A stretch of DNA of 64,000 nucleotides from an uncultured Ruficoccus sp. (GCA_965140785.1 OZ223510.1:32001-96000), one strand, 5' to 3'; positions 10,236 to 20,103 are shown, counted from the stretch's first letter. The notes: a model not told the origin generated them from the sequence alone. Numbers and translations: made by a program.

Positions 10236-10397
10236 GGCAGTGTCTTCAAACCTCCGAAAACTTCGTATTCTAATGCCTTTTTCGCCCAAAACACGTTTCC
10301 TCAGCTCGACAAATCTTGATTTGCCTCGCCTCGAAAGCCGTGTTTTTGGCTGAAAAATTCAAGGCGACTCCTCGTTTCGAGGTTTGAAGACACTGCC
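10236..10397. mobile_element. 162-bp MITE-like element
   Basis: Perfect 19-bp terminal inverted repeats ggcagtgtcttcaaacctc (10236-10254) and gaggtttgaagacactgcc (10379-10397). Flanked by TG and TA; no transposase. Confidence 0.8.
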
Positions 10398-10506
10398 TAG
10401 GGGCACTCTCTCCCGAGCGGCTCATTTGAAGGTTTGCTTTATACATAATGAAAAATAAAAATCAAAAGCGGATGGCGGATCGACGCCCGCCGGAACTCCT
10501 TTCATC

Positions 10507-11634
10507 ATGGCGCACGTAAGCATCAAAAACCTCGTCAAGGAATACCCTCTGGAGCGCAAAAAGACGTTTCCGGCGGTCAAAGGTATTGACCTGGAAATCC
10601 CCGACCGCGAGTTCATGGTGCTGGTGGGGCCCTCGGGCTGCGGCAAGTCCACCACCATGCGCATGATCGCCGGACTGGAGGAAATAACCGGCGGCACGAT
10701 CAGCATTGACGGGCGCGTCGTCAATGATGTGGCCCCCAAGGACCGTGATATCGCCATGGTTTTCCAGAACTACGCGCTCTATCCGCACATGACGGTCTAT
10801 GAGAACATGTCCTTCGGGCTGAAGCTCATGAAGTACCCAAAGTCGGAAATCCGTCAACGGGTGGGGGAGGCAGCAGAAATCCTCGGCCTGAGCTCCATGC
10901 TGGAGCGCAAGCCCAAGGCGCTATCCGGTGGGCAGCGTCAGCGCGTGGCCCTGGGCCGGGCCATCGTGCGCAAGCCGAAGGTCTTTCTCTTCGACGAGCC
11001 GCTGTCCAACCTCGACGCCAAGATGCGCGTGCAGATGCGCACCGAAATCTCTAAACTCCACAACCGGCTGGAGGCGACCATGATCTATGTGACGCACGAC
11101 CAGGTCGAGGCCATGACGATGGGAGACCGCATTTGCGTGATGAAAAACGGGGAGATCATGCAGGTCGATGGACCCCTCAAGCTCTATAACGATCCGCAAA
11201 ACATGTTCGTGGCCGGATTTATCGGTAGCCCGCCGATGAACGTTTTTACCGGGATGATCGAGGGCGGGGACGGCGGATTGTCCTTCGTTGAAAGAAATGA
11301 AAAGGCTGCGCCGTTCCGACTTTGCCTCGACGACAGTCTGTCCGATCGGGTGGAGGACTACGTTGGTAAAGCAATCGTTTTGGGTATTCGGCCCGAGCAT
11401 ATCAGCGAGGTGCCCGCGGAGGCCGGCCAGACGGCGCATACGCTGCGAGTGCGTGTGGATGTGTCGGAGCCGATGGGGGCGGAGACGTATTTGTATTTCG
11501 ATACGGGGGCGCACACCTTTATCGCTCGGGTTCACAGCGATCATGTGTTTGAGGCCGGTCACGAGGTGACGACCGCTTTCGACATGGCACGGGTGAAGTT
11601 TTTCGACCCGGAGACCGAGCACGTCATCGGGTAG
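10507..11634 (+). CDS. Carbohydrate ABC transporter ATP-binding protein (MalK/MsmX/UgpC family)
   Basis: Motifs [47 protein letters not shown]-type C-terminus. Confidence 0.97.
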   Translation: MAHVSIKNLVKEYPLERKKTFPAVKGIDLEIPDREFMVLVGPSGCGKSTTMRMIAGLEEITGGTISIDGRVVNDVAPKDRDIAMVFQNYALYPHMTVYENMSFGLKLMKYPKSEIRQRVGEAAEILGLSSMLERKPKALSGGQRQRVALGRAIVRKPKVFLFDEPLSNLDAKMRVQMRTEISKLHNRLEATMIYVTHDQVEAMTMGDRICVMKNGEIMQVDGPLKLYNDPQNMFVAGFIGSPPMNVFTGMIEGGDGGLSFVERNEKAAPFRLCLDDSLSDRVEDYVGKAIVLGIRPEHISEVPAEAGQTAHTLRVRVDVSEPMGAETYLYFDTGAHTFIARVHSDHVFEAGHEVTTAFDMARVKFFDPETEHVIG

Positions 11635-11695
11635 CGGAGCAGCCGGCTTTCGTCCGTCCGCCTGCCCGAGGCGGGCTCAAGAGCTCGGGATCTGG

Positions 11696-11709
11696 GTTAT
11701 TTGTATAAA
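11696..11709. promoter_or_regulatory. Candidate operator upstream of PEP-CTERM gene
   Basis: gttatttgtataaa. Confidence 0.55.
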
Positions 11710-11793
11710 TCAGTGCCGCCTTGTGCTTTCGAAACCATAGGCATTGACTGGTATACAGTCATTAAACCCTGATCCTAACACCCTATTACTCCT

Positions 11794-12663
11794 ATGATTA
11801 AGCTAATCTCGCGTACCCTGACGGCTGCTGGACTGGCCCTTTTTTTTGCGGCCGTGGTTCACGCCCAGGTTTCCCTCACCAGCGGGGGATACACGGAGGA
11901 TTTTAACAGCATCCCTGGTTTCTCGGCTTACGGGATCAAGACCTGGACGGACAACAGCACGCTGACCGGTTGGTACAGCCGGACGGAGGGAACCGCCGGT
12001 CAGTACTATCTGGCGACGAATGCGAACAACCAGTCGCCGAATCAGTTCCCGGCTACCCCGACCTCTATCCTGGCTCTGCGCCGCAACAGCAGTAACGCTG
12101 CGCTCGGTGCTGTCAGCAATAACACCTACAGCGGGGTTTTCGGGGCTCAGTTCGTGAACAACACCGGCTCAGCCATCAACGCGCTCACCGTCAGCTACAC
12201 CGGTCAGCAGTGGAGCTGGAGCGACACGGGTGCGAACACCCTGCAGTTCACCTATTCGCTGGACGCCAGCAGCCTGAGCGATGGCGTCTGGTCAGATGTG
12301 AACCAGCTGGACTTCACGGCCCTGTACAGTGGCAATACGGTTCAGGCTCAAGGGCTCCTGGGCGACGGGGACGAGATCTTGGTCGACAACTCTTACGAAA
12401 CCAAAGGGAGCGGGGAAGCCGGCGGGCCCGGCGCGCCCAACTACGTGGAAATTTCCTACACGATCACCGGGCTGTCCATCGATGAGGGAGAAAGCTTCTG
12501 GCTGCGTTGGGCGGATGATTTCTCCGGCTCGGGCGTGGGGCAGGCGCTCGGTATTGATAACCTGAGCGTGACAGCGGTTCCCGAACCAGCCTCCCTGGCG
12601 GCTGCGATGGCATTGGCCGCGTTGGGCGTCGCCGCGATACGCCGCAGACGGAGCCGCGCTTAG
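11794..12663 (+). CDS. PEP-CTERM surface protein
   Basis: Signal peptide; C-terminal VPEPASLAAAMALAALGVAAIRRRR. Confidence 0.93.
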   Translation: MIKLISRTLTAAGLALFFAAVVHAQVSLTSGGYTEDFNSIPGFSAYGIKTWTDNSTLTGWYSRTEGTAGQYYLATNANNQSPNQFPATPTSILALRRNSSNAALGAVSNNTYSGVFGAQFVNNTGSAINALTVSYTGQQWSWSDTGANTLQFTYSLDASSLSDGVWSDVNQLDFTALYSGNTVQAQGLLGDGDEILVDNSYETKGSGEAGGPGAPNYVEISYTITGLSIDEGESFWLRWADDFSGSGVGQALGIDNLSVTAVPEPASLAAAMALAALGVAAIRRRRSRA

Positions 12664-12816
12664 TTGTTGCTGTGCGGTGAGGGTCCGGCCCCTGCGGCCA
12701 AGCCCTCGTTCGCATGAGCGGATGCTCGTTTATATGTATATGCCAGCATCCCGTTGTCTTTTCAAACCGCTGAACGTTCAATTTTCCTAAACCCAAAATA
12801 ACAACCCGATATTCCA

Positions 12817-13683
12817 ATGATCAATCTTATCTCACGCTCAACGATGGCGGCCACAGCTATCATTTTTTCTACGGCCCTTCTTCACGGGCAGGTTTCCCTC
12901 ACCAGTGCAGGCTATACCCAGGATTTCAACAGCATTCCGGGTGCCGACTCCCCAGGCCTGCACCCCTGGACGGATAACAGCACGATCACCGGCTGGTACG
13001 CCTATACTGTCGATGCTGAAAACAGCTATTATCGCGCCTCGAATGCGAATAACCAATGGCCGCACAGTGGCAGTGACGCTACCTCCCTCTTCGCCTTCCG
13101 TCCCAACGGGACCGAGGCCGCACTGGGCTCGATCAGCAACAGCACCTACAGCGCGGTTTTAGGGGCGCAGTTTATCAACAACACCGGGTCGGTCATCACC
13201 TCGCTGACGATCAGCTATACCGGTGAACAGTGGAACTGGAATACCGCTACAGTCAGCAACACGCTCCAGTTTACCTTCTCTACGGACGCCACCAGCCTGA
13301 CCGATGGCAATTGGACCGACTATGATGACGGCGATTTCGCGGCCTTGTATTCTAGCGGATCCGGTGCCGGTCTCAACGGTAACAGTGACACGATCTTCGA
13401 TGGCAGCTCTTATGTGGAAAAAACTGCCGGACAAGCGGGCGGTCCGGGAGCGGTGAACTATACCGACATCACCGTGACCATTTCGGGGCTGTCGATTGGT
13501 GAAGGCGAAAGCTTCTGGATCCGCTGGTCGGATGATTTCTCCGGCACGAGCGGAAACGGCCAGGGCCTCGGCATCGACGACATGACCGTCACGTCCGTTC
13601 CTGAGCCGGGTTCGATCGCAGCTATGATGGCCCTTGCGGCCCTCGCTGTAGCCACTTGGCGCCGCCGGATGACTCGGCGCTAG
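12817..13683 (+). CDS. PEP-CTERM surface protein (tandem paralog)
   Basis: Signal peptide; C-terminal VPEPGSIAAMMALAALAVATWRRR; colinear with the 11794 protein. Confidence 0.93.
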   Translation: MINLISRSTMAATAIIFSTALLHGQVSLTSAGYTQDFNSIPGADSPGLHPWTDNSTITGWYAYTVDAENSYYRASNANNQWPHSGSDATSLFAFRPNGTEAALGSISNSTYSAVLGAQFINNTGSVITSLTISYTGEQWNWNTATVSNTLQFTFSTDATSLTDGNWTDYDDGDFAALYSSGSGAGLNGNSDTIFDGSSYVEKTAGQAGGPGAVNYTDITVTISGLSIGEGESFWIRWSDDFSGTSGNGQGLGIDDMTVTSVPEPGSIAAMMALAALAVATWRRRMTRR

Positions 13684-13823
13684 CTTTAGGGTATCATCTT
13701 TTTTATCGCCCGGTAAGGGTTGCTGCATCCGCGTTTCGCCAGTAAGCGTGCGGGTAGTGGCAACGCCTGTCTCCGCGGGCCGGGTCCCAACCGCATATCA
13801 TTGTACAAGACGCACACACATCC

Positions 13824-15305
13824 ATGAGGGTTAGATCAGGAATAAGGGTTATAGGAGCGGCGGTGAGTTTACTGCTGCTGACAGGAGGGTGGCTTCGGGG
13901 ACAGGATAGGCAACGGGAGGCAGTGACGGAGAATCTGGCCCGATTGGAGTCGCTATACCAGGGTGTGCTGCCCTGGTTGGCGCGGCTCTACGATCCGGCC
14001 AGCGGCGGGTTTTATGAAACGTTGAGCCTGCGCGAGGGCAGGGAACCGGGTGAGTACGGTCCGGACATTCAATCCACTTACTTTGCCATCCAAATACTCT
14101 CGCAGGCCGGCCTCCTCTCGGAAGCCCCGGCCCCCGTTCGCGCCAAGCTGGTCGAGTATTTCCAGTCGAGACAGGACCGGCAGACTGGTTACTTCGTCGA
14201 TCACGACTATCCGGGGATGGTCGATAATCTGCGGGTGATGGGACGGGCCCTGCAGTTTTCCACCAACGGCTTGGACTATCTGAAGGCGGAGCCGCTGTAT
14301 CCGCTGCCGGGCCAAAGCCGGAGTTCCGCGGCCCCCCAAGCTTCTCCCGATGGAAAAGCGCTGTCCCCGCCCAAGGTAGCGCCCGAGCCTGTGCCGGGCT
14401 CGAATGCCAAGCCTGCCGAGGAGACATCGGCGGCGCCTCAGCCGAAAAAGAGTGGCCCGCCAAACGCTGCTCCCGAGGTGTCCATGCAGGGAAGCAGAGT
14501 GGTTACCGCGCTTAGTTCGAAATCGCTTATGGGCTCCGCTCCGACAGAGCCGGTTAAGCTTGATGGCACCTCTGATGCCAGCCCAAGCTGGCCGGTGGAG
14601 GAAGGGAGCAATGTTCCGGCCTTTCTGACCTCCCGGGAGGCTCTGATCGGGTGGCTGGACGGACGCCCCTGGGATTTCGCCTGGACGGCGTTGGATCATA
14701 TCTCGGCGCAGGCGCAGCTCATCATGAACCAGCCCCCGGCGTTGCGGGAGGCGGCTACGGAAGTGATTCTAACGTACGTGATCGACCGGCAGGACCCGCA
14801 AACCGGCCTGGTCGGCGGTGGCCCGCCGGAAGTGCGCCTCTCTGGAGGATTCAAGCTGGTCGCTTTCTGCCAAAAGCTGCATCGGCCCGTACCCCGTGCG
14901 GAAGTCTTGCAGCAAACCGTCATCGAGTGGTTCCGGCAGGGTCCGGAAACCGACCGCATTTTCTTTATCCGCAATACCTGCGAAATGCTGGGCATGCTGG
15001 TTCGCCAGACCGGCCAGCCTCTGACGGAGGAGGAACTGGCGGATGTGGTCGGGGTGGCCGTCGTGGAGCTGGAGCGCTTTCGCCAGCCGGACGGTTCTTT
15101 TTCCACCTATCCAGACCGTTTCTACATCTGCCCGAACGATCTCTACCTGGGTAAAAACAAGATCACTGCTCAGGACGGCCCACAGAGTGACCTGAACGCC
15201 ACTTCCAGCGCCATGGCGGCCCGGCGGTCGCTGTACCGGCTGGCCGACAGGCCGAAGCCAGCCCTCCAGATGCCCGATTTCTGGAGAGTGGCCCAGGAGC
15301 AATAA
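13824..15305 (+). CDS. Exported hypothetical protein, possible alpha/alpha-toroid (prenyltransferase-like repeats) with Pro/Ser/Ala-rich insert
   Basis: Signal peptide; repeats LYDPASGGF, RQDRQTGYF, RQDPQTGLV, FRQPDGSFS. Confidence 0.6.
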   Translation: MRVRSGIRVIGAAVSLLLLTGGWLRGQDRQREAVTENLARLESLYQGVLPWLARLYDPASGGFYETLSLREGREPGEYGPDIQSTYFAIQILSQAGLLSEAPAPVRAKLVEYFQSRQDRQTGYFVDHDYPGMVDNLRVMGRALQFSTNGLDYLKAEPLYPLPGQSRSSAAPQASPDGKALSPPKVAPEPVPGSNAKPAEETSAAPQPKKSGPPNAAPEVSMQGSRVVTALSSKSLMGSAPTEPVKLDGTSDASPSWPVEEGSNVPAFLTSREALIGWLDGRPWDFAWTALDHISAQAQLIMNQPPALREAATEVILTYVIDRQDPQTGLVGGGPPEVRLSGGFKLVAFCQKLHRPVPRAEVLQQTVIEWFRQGPETDRIFFIRNTCEMLGMLVRQTGQPLTEEELADVVGVAVVELERFRQPDGSFSTYPDRFYICPNDLYLGKNKITAQDGPQSDLNATSSAMAARRSLYRLADRPKPALQMPDFWRVAQEQ

Positions 15306-15442
15306 ATCCTGGACCCTGAGCAGGGAGGCGGCGGCAATGGATTGCGCGCTAGTCGCTGCTCGGCTGTGTGTATGGGTAGAGTGAATACGGCTTGCATTGG
15401 GAAGAGATGAGCCAGGGAACCGGAAGCACGATTCATTCAGAC

Positions 15443-15475
15443 AAAAAAGCCCCGATCCCTATCGGGGATCGGGGC
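15443..15475 (-). terminator. Intrinsic terminator for the minus-strand GH10 operon
   Basis: 11-bp stem gccccgatccc/gggatcggggc preceded by A6 on the plus strand. Confidence 0.8.
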
Positions 15476-15531
15476 GCCTGATCGCGGGAGGACTGCTCGG
15501 GGGCTGCTTCCCTGTCTACAAAGAACGTGAT

Positions 15532-16359
15532 CTAATTGAGGGGAGATATCTCGACCTCGTAGATGGAAAAATGCACGCTGTCGCCGCTCTCCTTGGTTTG
15601 GGCCTGGAAGGCGATCGCGCTCTCAGCAGGAGCCCAGTCTTCTTCTTTGGCGCGGTAGCGCAGCCCCTCTGCGCTGACCGAATCCCGCCCATCCGAGACG
15701 GAGATGTCGTAGGTTCCTTTTTTCGGGTAATTCTTGATCGTGATTTCGTAGGTCTTGCCAATTTTGACGGACATGCCTTTGCCCCAGCCGCCGATCTCCT
15801 CCATCTTCTTGCCGGAGAATGCCCCGCCGTTGGCGTCCCCGTGGTAGGCGGCCCATCTCCAGTCGGAGGGTGTCTTGCCGATGGTGCGTACGGCCCAAGT
15901 GGAATCGATGGTGAAGTTTGTCCGGGGTCGGTCACCGCCGAAAGCGCCGACGAAGTCTGAAGAGACGTCGAAGCCCTCCGCCTTGTTCACCTGGATTTTA
16001 AACCGGATCGTATGCGGACGGTCGGCGTCGCGGTACTTGCGCATGACCGAGGCATTATTGTATTCTTGGCTCGGTGAGCCAACCTGCATGTCAAATGCGA
16101 GGTGCGAGGGACGGGGCGTCTCCTCGAGCTGGAGGCTCAGGGTGATGTTGCGGGCGTGGCTGGGGATGCTCCATCCGTCCGACCAGCCCGAGCCTTTGGA
16201 GCCGGGATACTGATTGGGCTGGCGATTGCCGGTGCCATCGGAAAAGTCGGTCCTGGCCTCCTGAGCCGTTAGGGAGAGCGCGGTGACGGCGCTCAGCGTG
16301 CCGGCCAGTACGGCTGCACGGGCCAGCGTCTTGATACGGGAGTGGTGTCTTTTTTTCAT
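15532..16359 (-). CDS. Exported beta-rich hypothetical protein (possible lectin/jelly-roll)
   Basis: Signal peptide MKKRHH..LSLTAQ; beta-strand-rich and Trp-rich; last gene of the GH10 operon. Confidence 0.65.
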   Translation of the reverse strand: MKKRHHSRIKTLARAAVLAGTLSAVTALSLTAQEARTDFSDGTGNRQPNQYPGSKGSGWSDGWSIPSHARNITLSLQLEETPRPSHLAFDMQVGSPSQEYNNASVMRKYRDADRPHTIRFKIQVNKAEGFDVSSDFVGAFGGDRPRTNFTIDSTWAVRTIGKTPSDWRWAAYHGDANGGAFSGKKMEEIGGWGKGMSVKIGKTYEITIKNYPKKGTYDISVSDGRDSVSAEGLRYRAKEEDWAPAESAIAFQAQTKESGDSVHFSIYEVEISPLN

Positions 16360-16374
16360 GGGATTCAAGTAAGG

Positions 16375-18174
16375 CTATTGTTGAGTTTGGATCTCGAGGT
16401 TGAGCGGGGATTCATCGAGGCTGGCTTCCCGCGTATCGACGACTTTTTCCCCGATCAGCGTTGTGATCCGGTAGTCGCCCTTGAAGCCGCGGGCGTTCCA
16501 GGCACCGTCGCTGCCGGTCTGGCCGGAGGTCTGCGTCCACCATTCCCCGCGCACGAGGTCGAGGTAGGCGCGTCCGGCGGGGCGGATTTTCCAGTCGAGG
16601 GTCCAGAGGGCGGCGGTGGGTTTCCAGTGGCGGCCTTCCCAGAAGCCCCACATCTGGATGCCGGTGACGGAGGGATGGCTGAAGGCGGCGGTGTAGAAGT
16701 CGCGCAGGTAGGCGGCTTGGAAATCGTCGTTGGCGGTGTCGATGTCGAATTCGGTCACCTCGATGTCGAGACCGAGTTCTTCCAGGCGGTCGAGTGTTTC
16801 AATGATCTGCGCCGGGGGCGTGACGACCCAGCCGTTGTAGTGGCATTGGATGCCGATGCCGTCGATGGGCGCGCCCTCGTCGAGGAGGTATTGCGCGGTG
16901 CTTTCCAGCACACCGATGCGGAAGTCCGGACTGAAGGTCAGCGCCTCGTTCAGAAAGAGCCGTCCCTGCGGCAGCCATTTGCGGGCCTCCTTGAAAACTT
17001 CGACCATGAAGCTCTCGCCACCCAGCAAATCGAGGATGTCGTGGTTGGTGCGCGGCTCGTTGATGACGTCCCACTCCTGCACGTAAGGACCGGTCGCCAC
17101 GAGGATGTCCTTGACGTGTTCCATGATCAACTGCCGCAGGCGGTCGGGGTCGGAGGCCGCCTCGCTCAGGTAGTCCGGCGTGCGCCCGCGGTTGAAGGTA
17201 GGCCAGAGCAGAACATGGCCGCGCATCTGGGTCATCCCGTTTTGCTGGAGCCACTCCAGCCCGTGCAGGGTCCGCTCCCGGGTTTCGGTCCACGTCGGCC
17301 ACTTGAGATCGTTTTCCGTGCCACAGGTGTCGAAGTTATTTAAGAGAATACTCTGGTACATGGCGGTATCGGCAGCGTCAGAGTAAGCGAGCACTTGCTT
17401 AATGGAAATCGCGGTGCCAAAGCCGAAGGCGTGGCGGGTCTGCTCCAGACGGACCGTGGCGTTCGGGACGGGGTTGCCGGATGCGTCAGTCACGACAATG
17501 CGTACGTCCTGCTTACGGTATTTCTCGATCCGCACCTGGGCTTTGCGGCGCCAGTCTGCCTCGGCCTCGTGGCCCTCGTACATTTCGGGAGTGGTGGCGG
17601 GAAGGGTAGACAGCTCGGTGTCGCGTGGCAGGCGCAGTAGTTGGAGGTCCTTGATCTCGATGGTCTGGGCGTCGTAGCCGAGGCGCAGGTTCAGGTTGAG
17701 CTCTCCCTTGCCATAGTCCCTGCCGACCCGGCCCGGCACAAAGAGCTCCTTCCACTCACTGACGGCGGGGAAGCGCGCCCAGATGGTTTTGGTATAGGGG
17801 GACTGACCCATTTCGACCAAGGTGCCGATCTGTCCGACGCCGCTTTCGGCCAGTGTCTCCAGGCAGCGGACCTTGAACCGCAGCAGGAGCGCGTCGCCGG
17901 GCTTGAAGCTTTCCGGCAGCGTAGCGCGCAGCTGGATAGCGCTGTCACTGGAGGGGCGCGGGCCAAACGTCTGGAGACGCAGGAGCCCGTCCGGGTTGCC
18001 ATTGGCTGGCGTTATGGTCACAGCTTCCGCATTCGGGTAGGCGCGGAAATTCCCGATCTCCACCGGCACGGCGTCGTCAGGGATACGTTTGGTTTCCTGG
18101 GCTGACAGGCCGGGAAGTGCCGTTAAGCAAGCGAGGCCCACGAGCAAGCGGGCGGCATGGTCAAAGGTAAACAT
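16375..18174 (-). CDS. GH10 family glycoside hydrolase (paralog 2)
   Basis: Motifs ENDLKW, RGHVLLWP, WDVINEP, VTEFDI; signal peptide from ATG 18174. Confidence 0.88.
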   Translation of the reverse strand: MFTFDHAARLLVGLACLTALPGLSAQETKRIPDDAVPVEIGNFRAYPNAEAVTITPANGNPDGLLRLQTFGPRPSSDSAIQLRATLPESFKPGDALLLRFKVRCLETLAESGVGQIGTLVEMGQSPYTKTIWARFPAVSEWKELFVPGRVGRDYGKGELNLNLRLGYDAQTIEIKDLQLLRLPRDTELSTLPATTPEMYEGHEAEADWRRKAQVRIEKYRKQDVRIVVTDASGNPVPNATVRLEQTRHAFGFGTAISIKQVLAYSDAADTAMYQSILLNNFDTCGTENDLKWPTWTETRERTLHGLEWLQQNGMTQMRGHVLLWPTFNRGRTPDYLSEAASDPDRLRQLIMEHVKDILVATGPYVQEWDVINEPRTNHDILDLLGGESFMVEVFKEARKWLPQGRLFLNEALTFSPDFRIGVLESTAQYLLDEGAPIDGIGIQCHYNGWVVTPPAQIIETLDRLEELGLDIEVTEFDIDTANDDFQAAYLRDFYTAAFSHPSVTGIQMWGFWEGRHWKPTAALWTLDWKIRPAGRAYLDLVRGEWWTQTSGQTGSDGAWNARGFKGDYRITTLIGEKVVDTREASLDESPLNLEIQTQQ

Positions 18175-18291
18175 AATGGGTAAATTCTCTGGGTTATCTG
18201 GCTGTAAGTTTAGTTGTGGGAGTGGAGGGACTCGGCTGTATTTGCAAAACAACTCACGTCGCATGCTCGTTCCCTATTTTGCATACACAGC

Positions 18292-20103
18292 CTAGAGTTT
18301 GATCTGCACCTGGGCGGGTGTTTCACCCAGGGTGAGTTCACGGACATTTACCACGGTTTCGCCGATGAGGATAGTGACACGGTACTGCCCCTTGAAGCCG
18401 CGGGTGGTCCAGGCGCCGGTGCTGTCGGTCTGGCCGGACTCCTGCGTCCACCATTCTCCGCGCACCAGGTCGAGGTAGGCTTGTCCGGAGGGGCGGATGT
18501 TCCAGTTCTCGGCCCAGGGAGCGGCGTCGGGTAGCCAGTGCCGTCCGGCCCAGAAGCCCCACATCTGGATGCCGGTCACAGCCGGGTGGCTGAAAACCGC
18601 CGTGTAGAAGTCGCGCAGGTAGCGCGCGCGGAACGTGTCGCTGGGCGAGGCCAGGTCGAATTCCGTCACTTCAATATCGACGCCCAGTTTAGCCAGGCGA
18701 TCGAGCGTGCTGAGAATCTGCTCAGGCGGGGTGACCTCCCAGGCGCCGTAGTGACACTGCACGCCGAGACCGTCGAGCGGGGCTCCCTCGTCGAGCAGGT
18801 AGCGGGCCGTCTCTTCAAAGGCATCCATCCGGCTGTCGGCGGTGAGGGTGAGGGCTTCGTTGAGAAAAAGCCGGCCTTCGGGCAGCCATTTACGAGCCTC
18901 GTCAAAGACTTCTAGCATGAAGGAGCGGCCGCCGAGGATGTCCAATATCTGGTGGTTGTTGCGGGGTTCATTGATGACGTCCCACTCCTGGACATAAGGG
19001 GCGGTCGCGGTGAGGATGTCCTGGACGTGCTCCAGGATCACTGACCGGAGTTTTACCGGGTCGTCGGCGTACTGCTGGAGCCAGCCCGGGGTACGCCGGT
19101 CCACAAAGCTGGGCCAAAGCAGGACGTGGCCGCGCATCTGGTCAAAGCCCCGCTCCTTCAGCCACTCCAGTCCTTGCAGGGTTTTCTCACGGTGCATTTC
19201 CCAGCCGGGCCACTTGAGGTCGTTCTCGGTGCCGCAGGTGTCAAAGTTGTGCAGCAGCACGCTCTGGTACATGGCACGATCTGCCGCGTCGCCTGTGCCA
19301 ATGAGGTACTTGACCGCGATGGCGGTACCGAAGCCGAAGGCGTGGCGGGTCTGCTCCAGGCGGACGGTGGCCTCGGGCACAGGGTTTCCGTCGTTGTCGA
19401 CGACTTGTATCTGTACGTCTTGCTTGCGGTACTTGTCGATGCGTTGTTGGGCAGCCTGGCGCCAGGCCGCGTCCTTTTCATGGCCGGAATAGAGAGGCGG
19501 CTCGGTGGAGGGGACGGCGTAGAAGTCGGTTGCTTCAGGCAGGAGCCAGAGCTTGATGTCCTTTATTTCGAGGGTCTGCGCGGGGTAGCCGAGGCGGAAT
19601 TTCAGGATGACGCGGCCCGCCGCGTAATCCCGCCGGGTGACCCGGCCCTTGAGGGTCAGGGTCTGCCACTCGGGACCGACTTCGAAACCATGGCGGGACC
19701 AGATGAATTTTTTGTAGGGGGGCTCGTCCACCTCGACGAGGGGAGATATCCGGCCCAAACCATTATCCGACTCGCTGTGAGGACAGCGGACCTTGAAGCT
19801 CAGGACGACGATGTCTCCCACGTTGAACGCGGTGTCCAGCGTGTAGCTGATCTGGTCGCCTCTGTCGTGCGCGGGGGCCGGGCCATCGACGGTGATTTGA
19901 AGCGTCTGTGGGCCGGGGGCGTCCGTGCCGGGAAGCCAAGTCAGCTTGGCCCGCGGGGAAGCCACTGTGAATTGGCCGGACTGGGGGCCCGTGAAAATCG
20001 GATCGGTGCCTTTGAGGGAATTGTCACCTTCTTTCCCCGCCACGGCGATCAGACTGGAGATGATAAGCGCGAGGACGGAAACGACGGGATAGGGTAAGCT
20101 CAT
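18292..20103 (-). CDS. GH10 family glycoside hydrolase (paralog 3)
   Basis: Motifs ENDLKW, RGHVLLWP, WDVINEP, VTEFDL; signal peptide from ATG 20103. Confidence 0.88.
   Translation of the reverse strand: MSLPYPVVSVLALIISSLIAVAGKEGDNSLKGTDPIFTGPQSGQFTVASPRAKLTWLPGTDAPGPQTLQITVDGPAPAHDRGDQISYTLDTAFNVGDIVVLSFKVRCPHSESDNGLGRISPLVEVDEPPYKKFIWSRHGFEVGPEWQTLTLKGRVTRRDYAAGRVILKFRLGYPAQTLEIKDIKLWLLPEATDFYAVPSTEPPLYSGHEKDAAWRQAAQQRIDKYRKQDVQIQVVDNDGNPVPEATVRLEQTRHAFGFGTAIAVKYLIGTGDAADRAMYQSVLLHNFDTCGTENDLKWPGWEMHREKTLQGLEWLKERGFDQMRGHVLLWPSFVDRRTPGWLQQYADDPVKLRSVILEHVQDILTATAPYVQEWDVINEPRNNHQILDILGGRSFMLEVFDEARKWLPEGRLFLNEALTLTADSRMDAFEETARYLLDEGAPLDGLGVQCHYGAWEVTPPEQILSTLDRLAKLGVDIEVTEFDLASPSDTFRARYLRDFYTAVFSHPAVTGIQMWGFWAGRHWLPDAAPWAENWNIRPSGQAYLDLVRGEWWTQESGQTDSTGAWTTRGFKGQYRVTILIGETVVNVRELTLGETPAQVQIKL

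Noticed and set aside
10132..10353. 73-aa ORF as a real small membrane protein
   Set aside because: It is a chimera of the permease C-terminus and read-through into the MITE.
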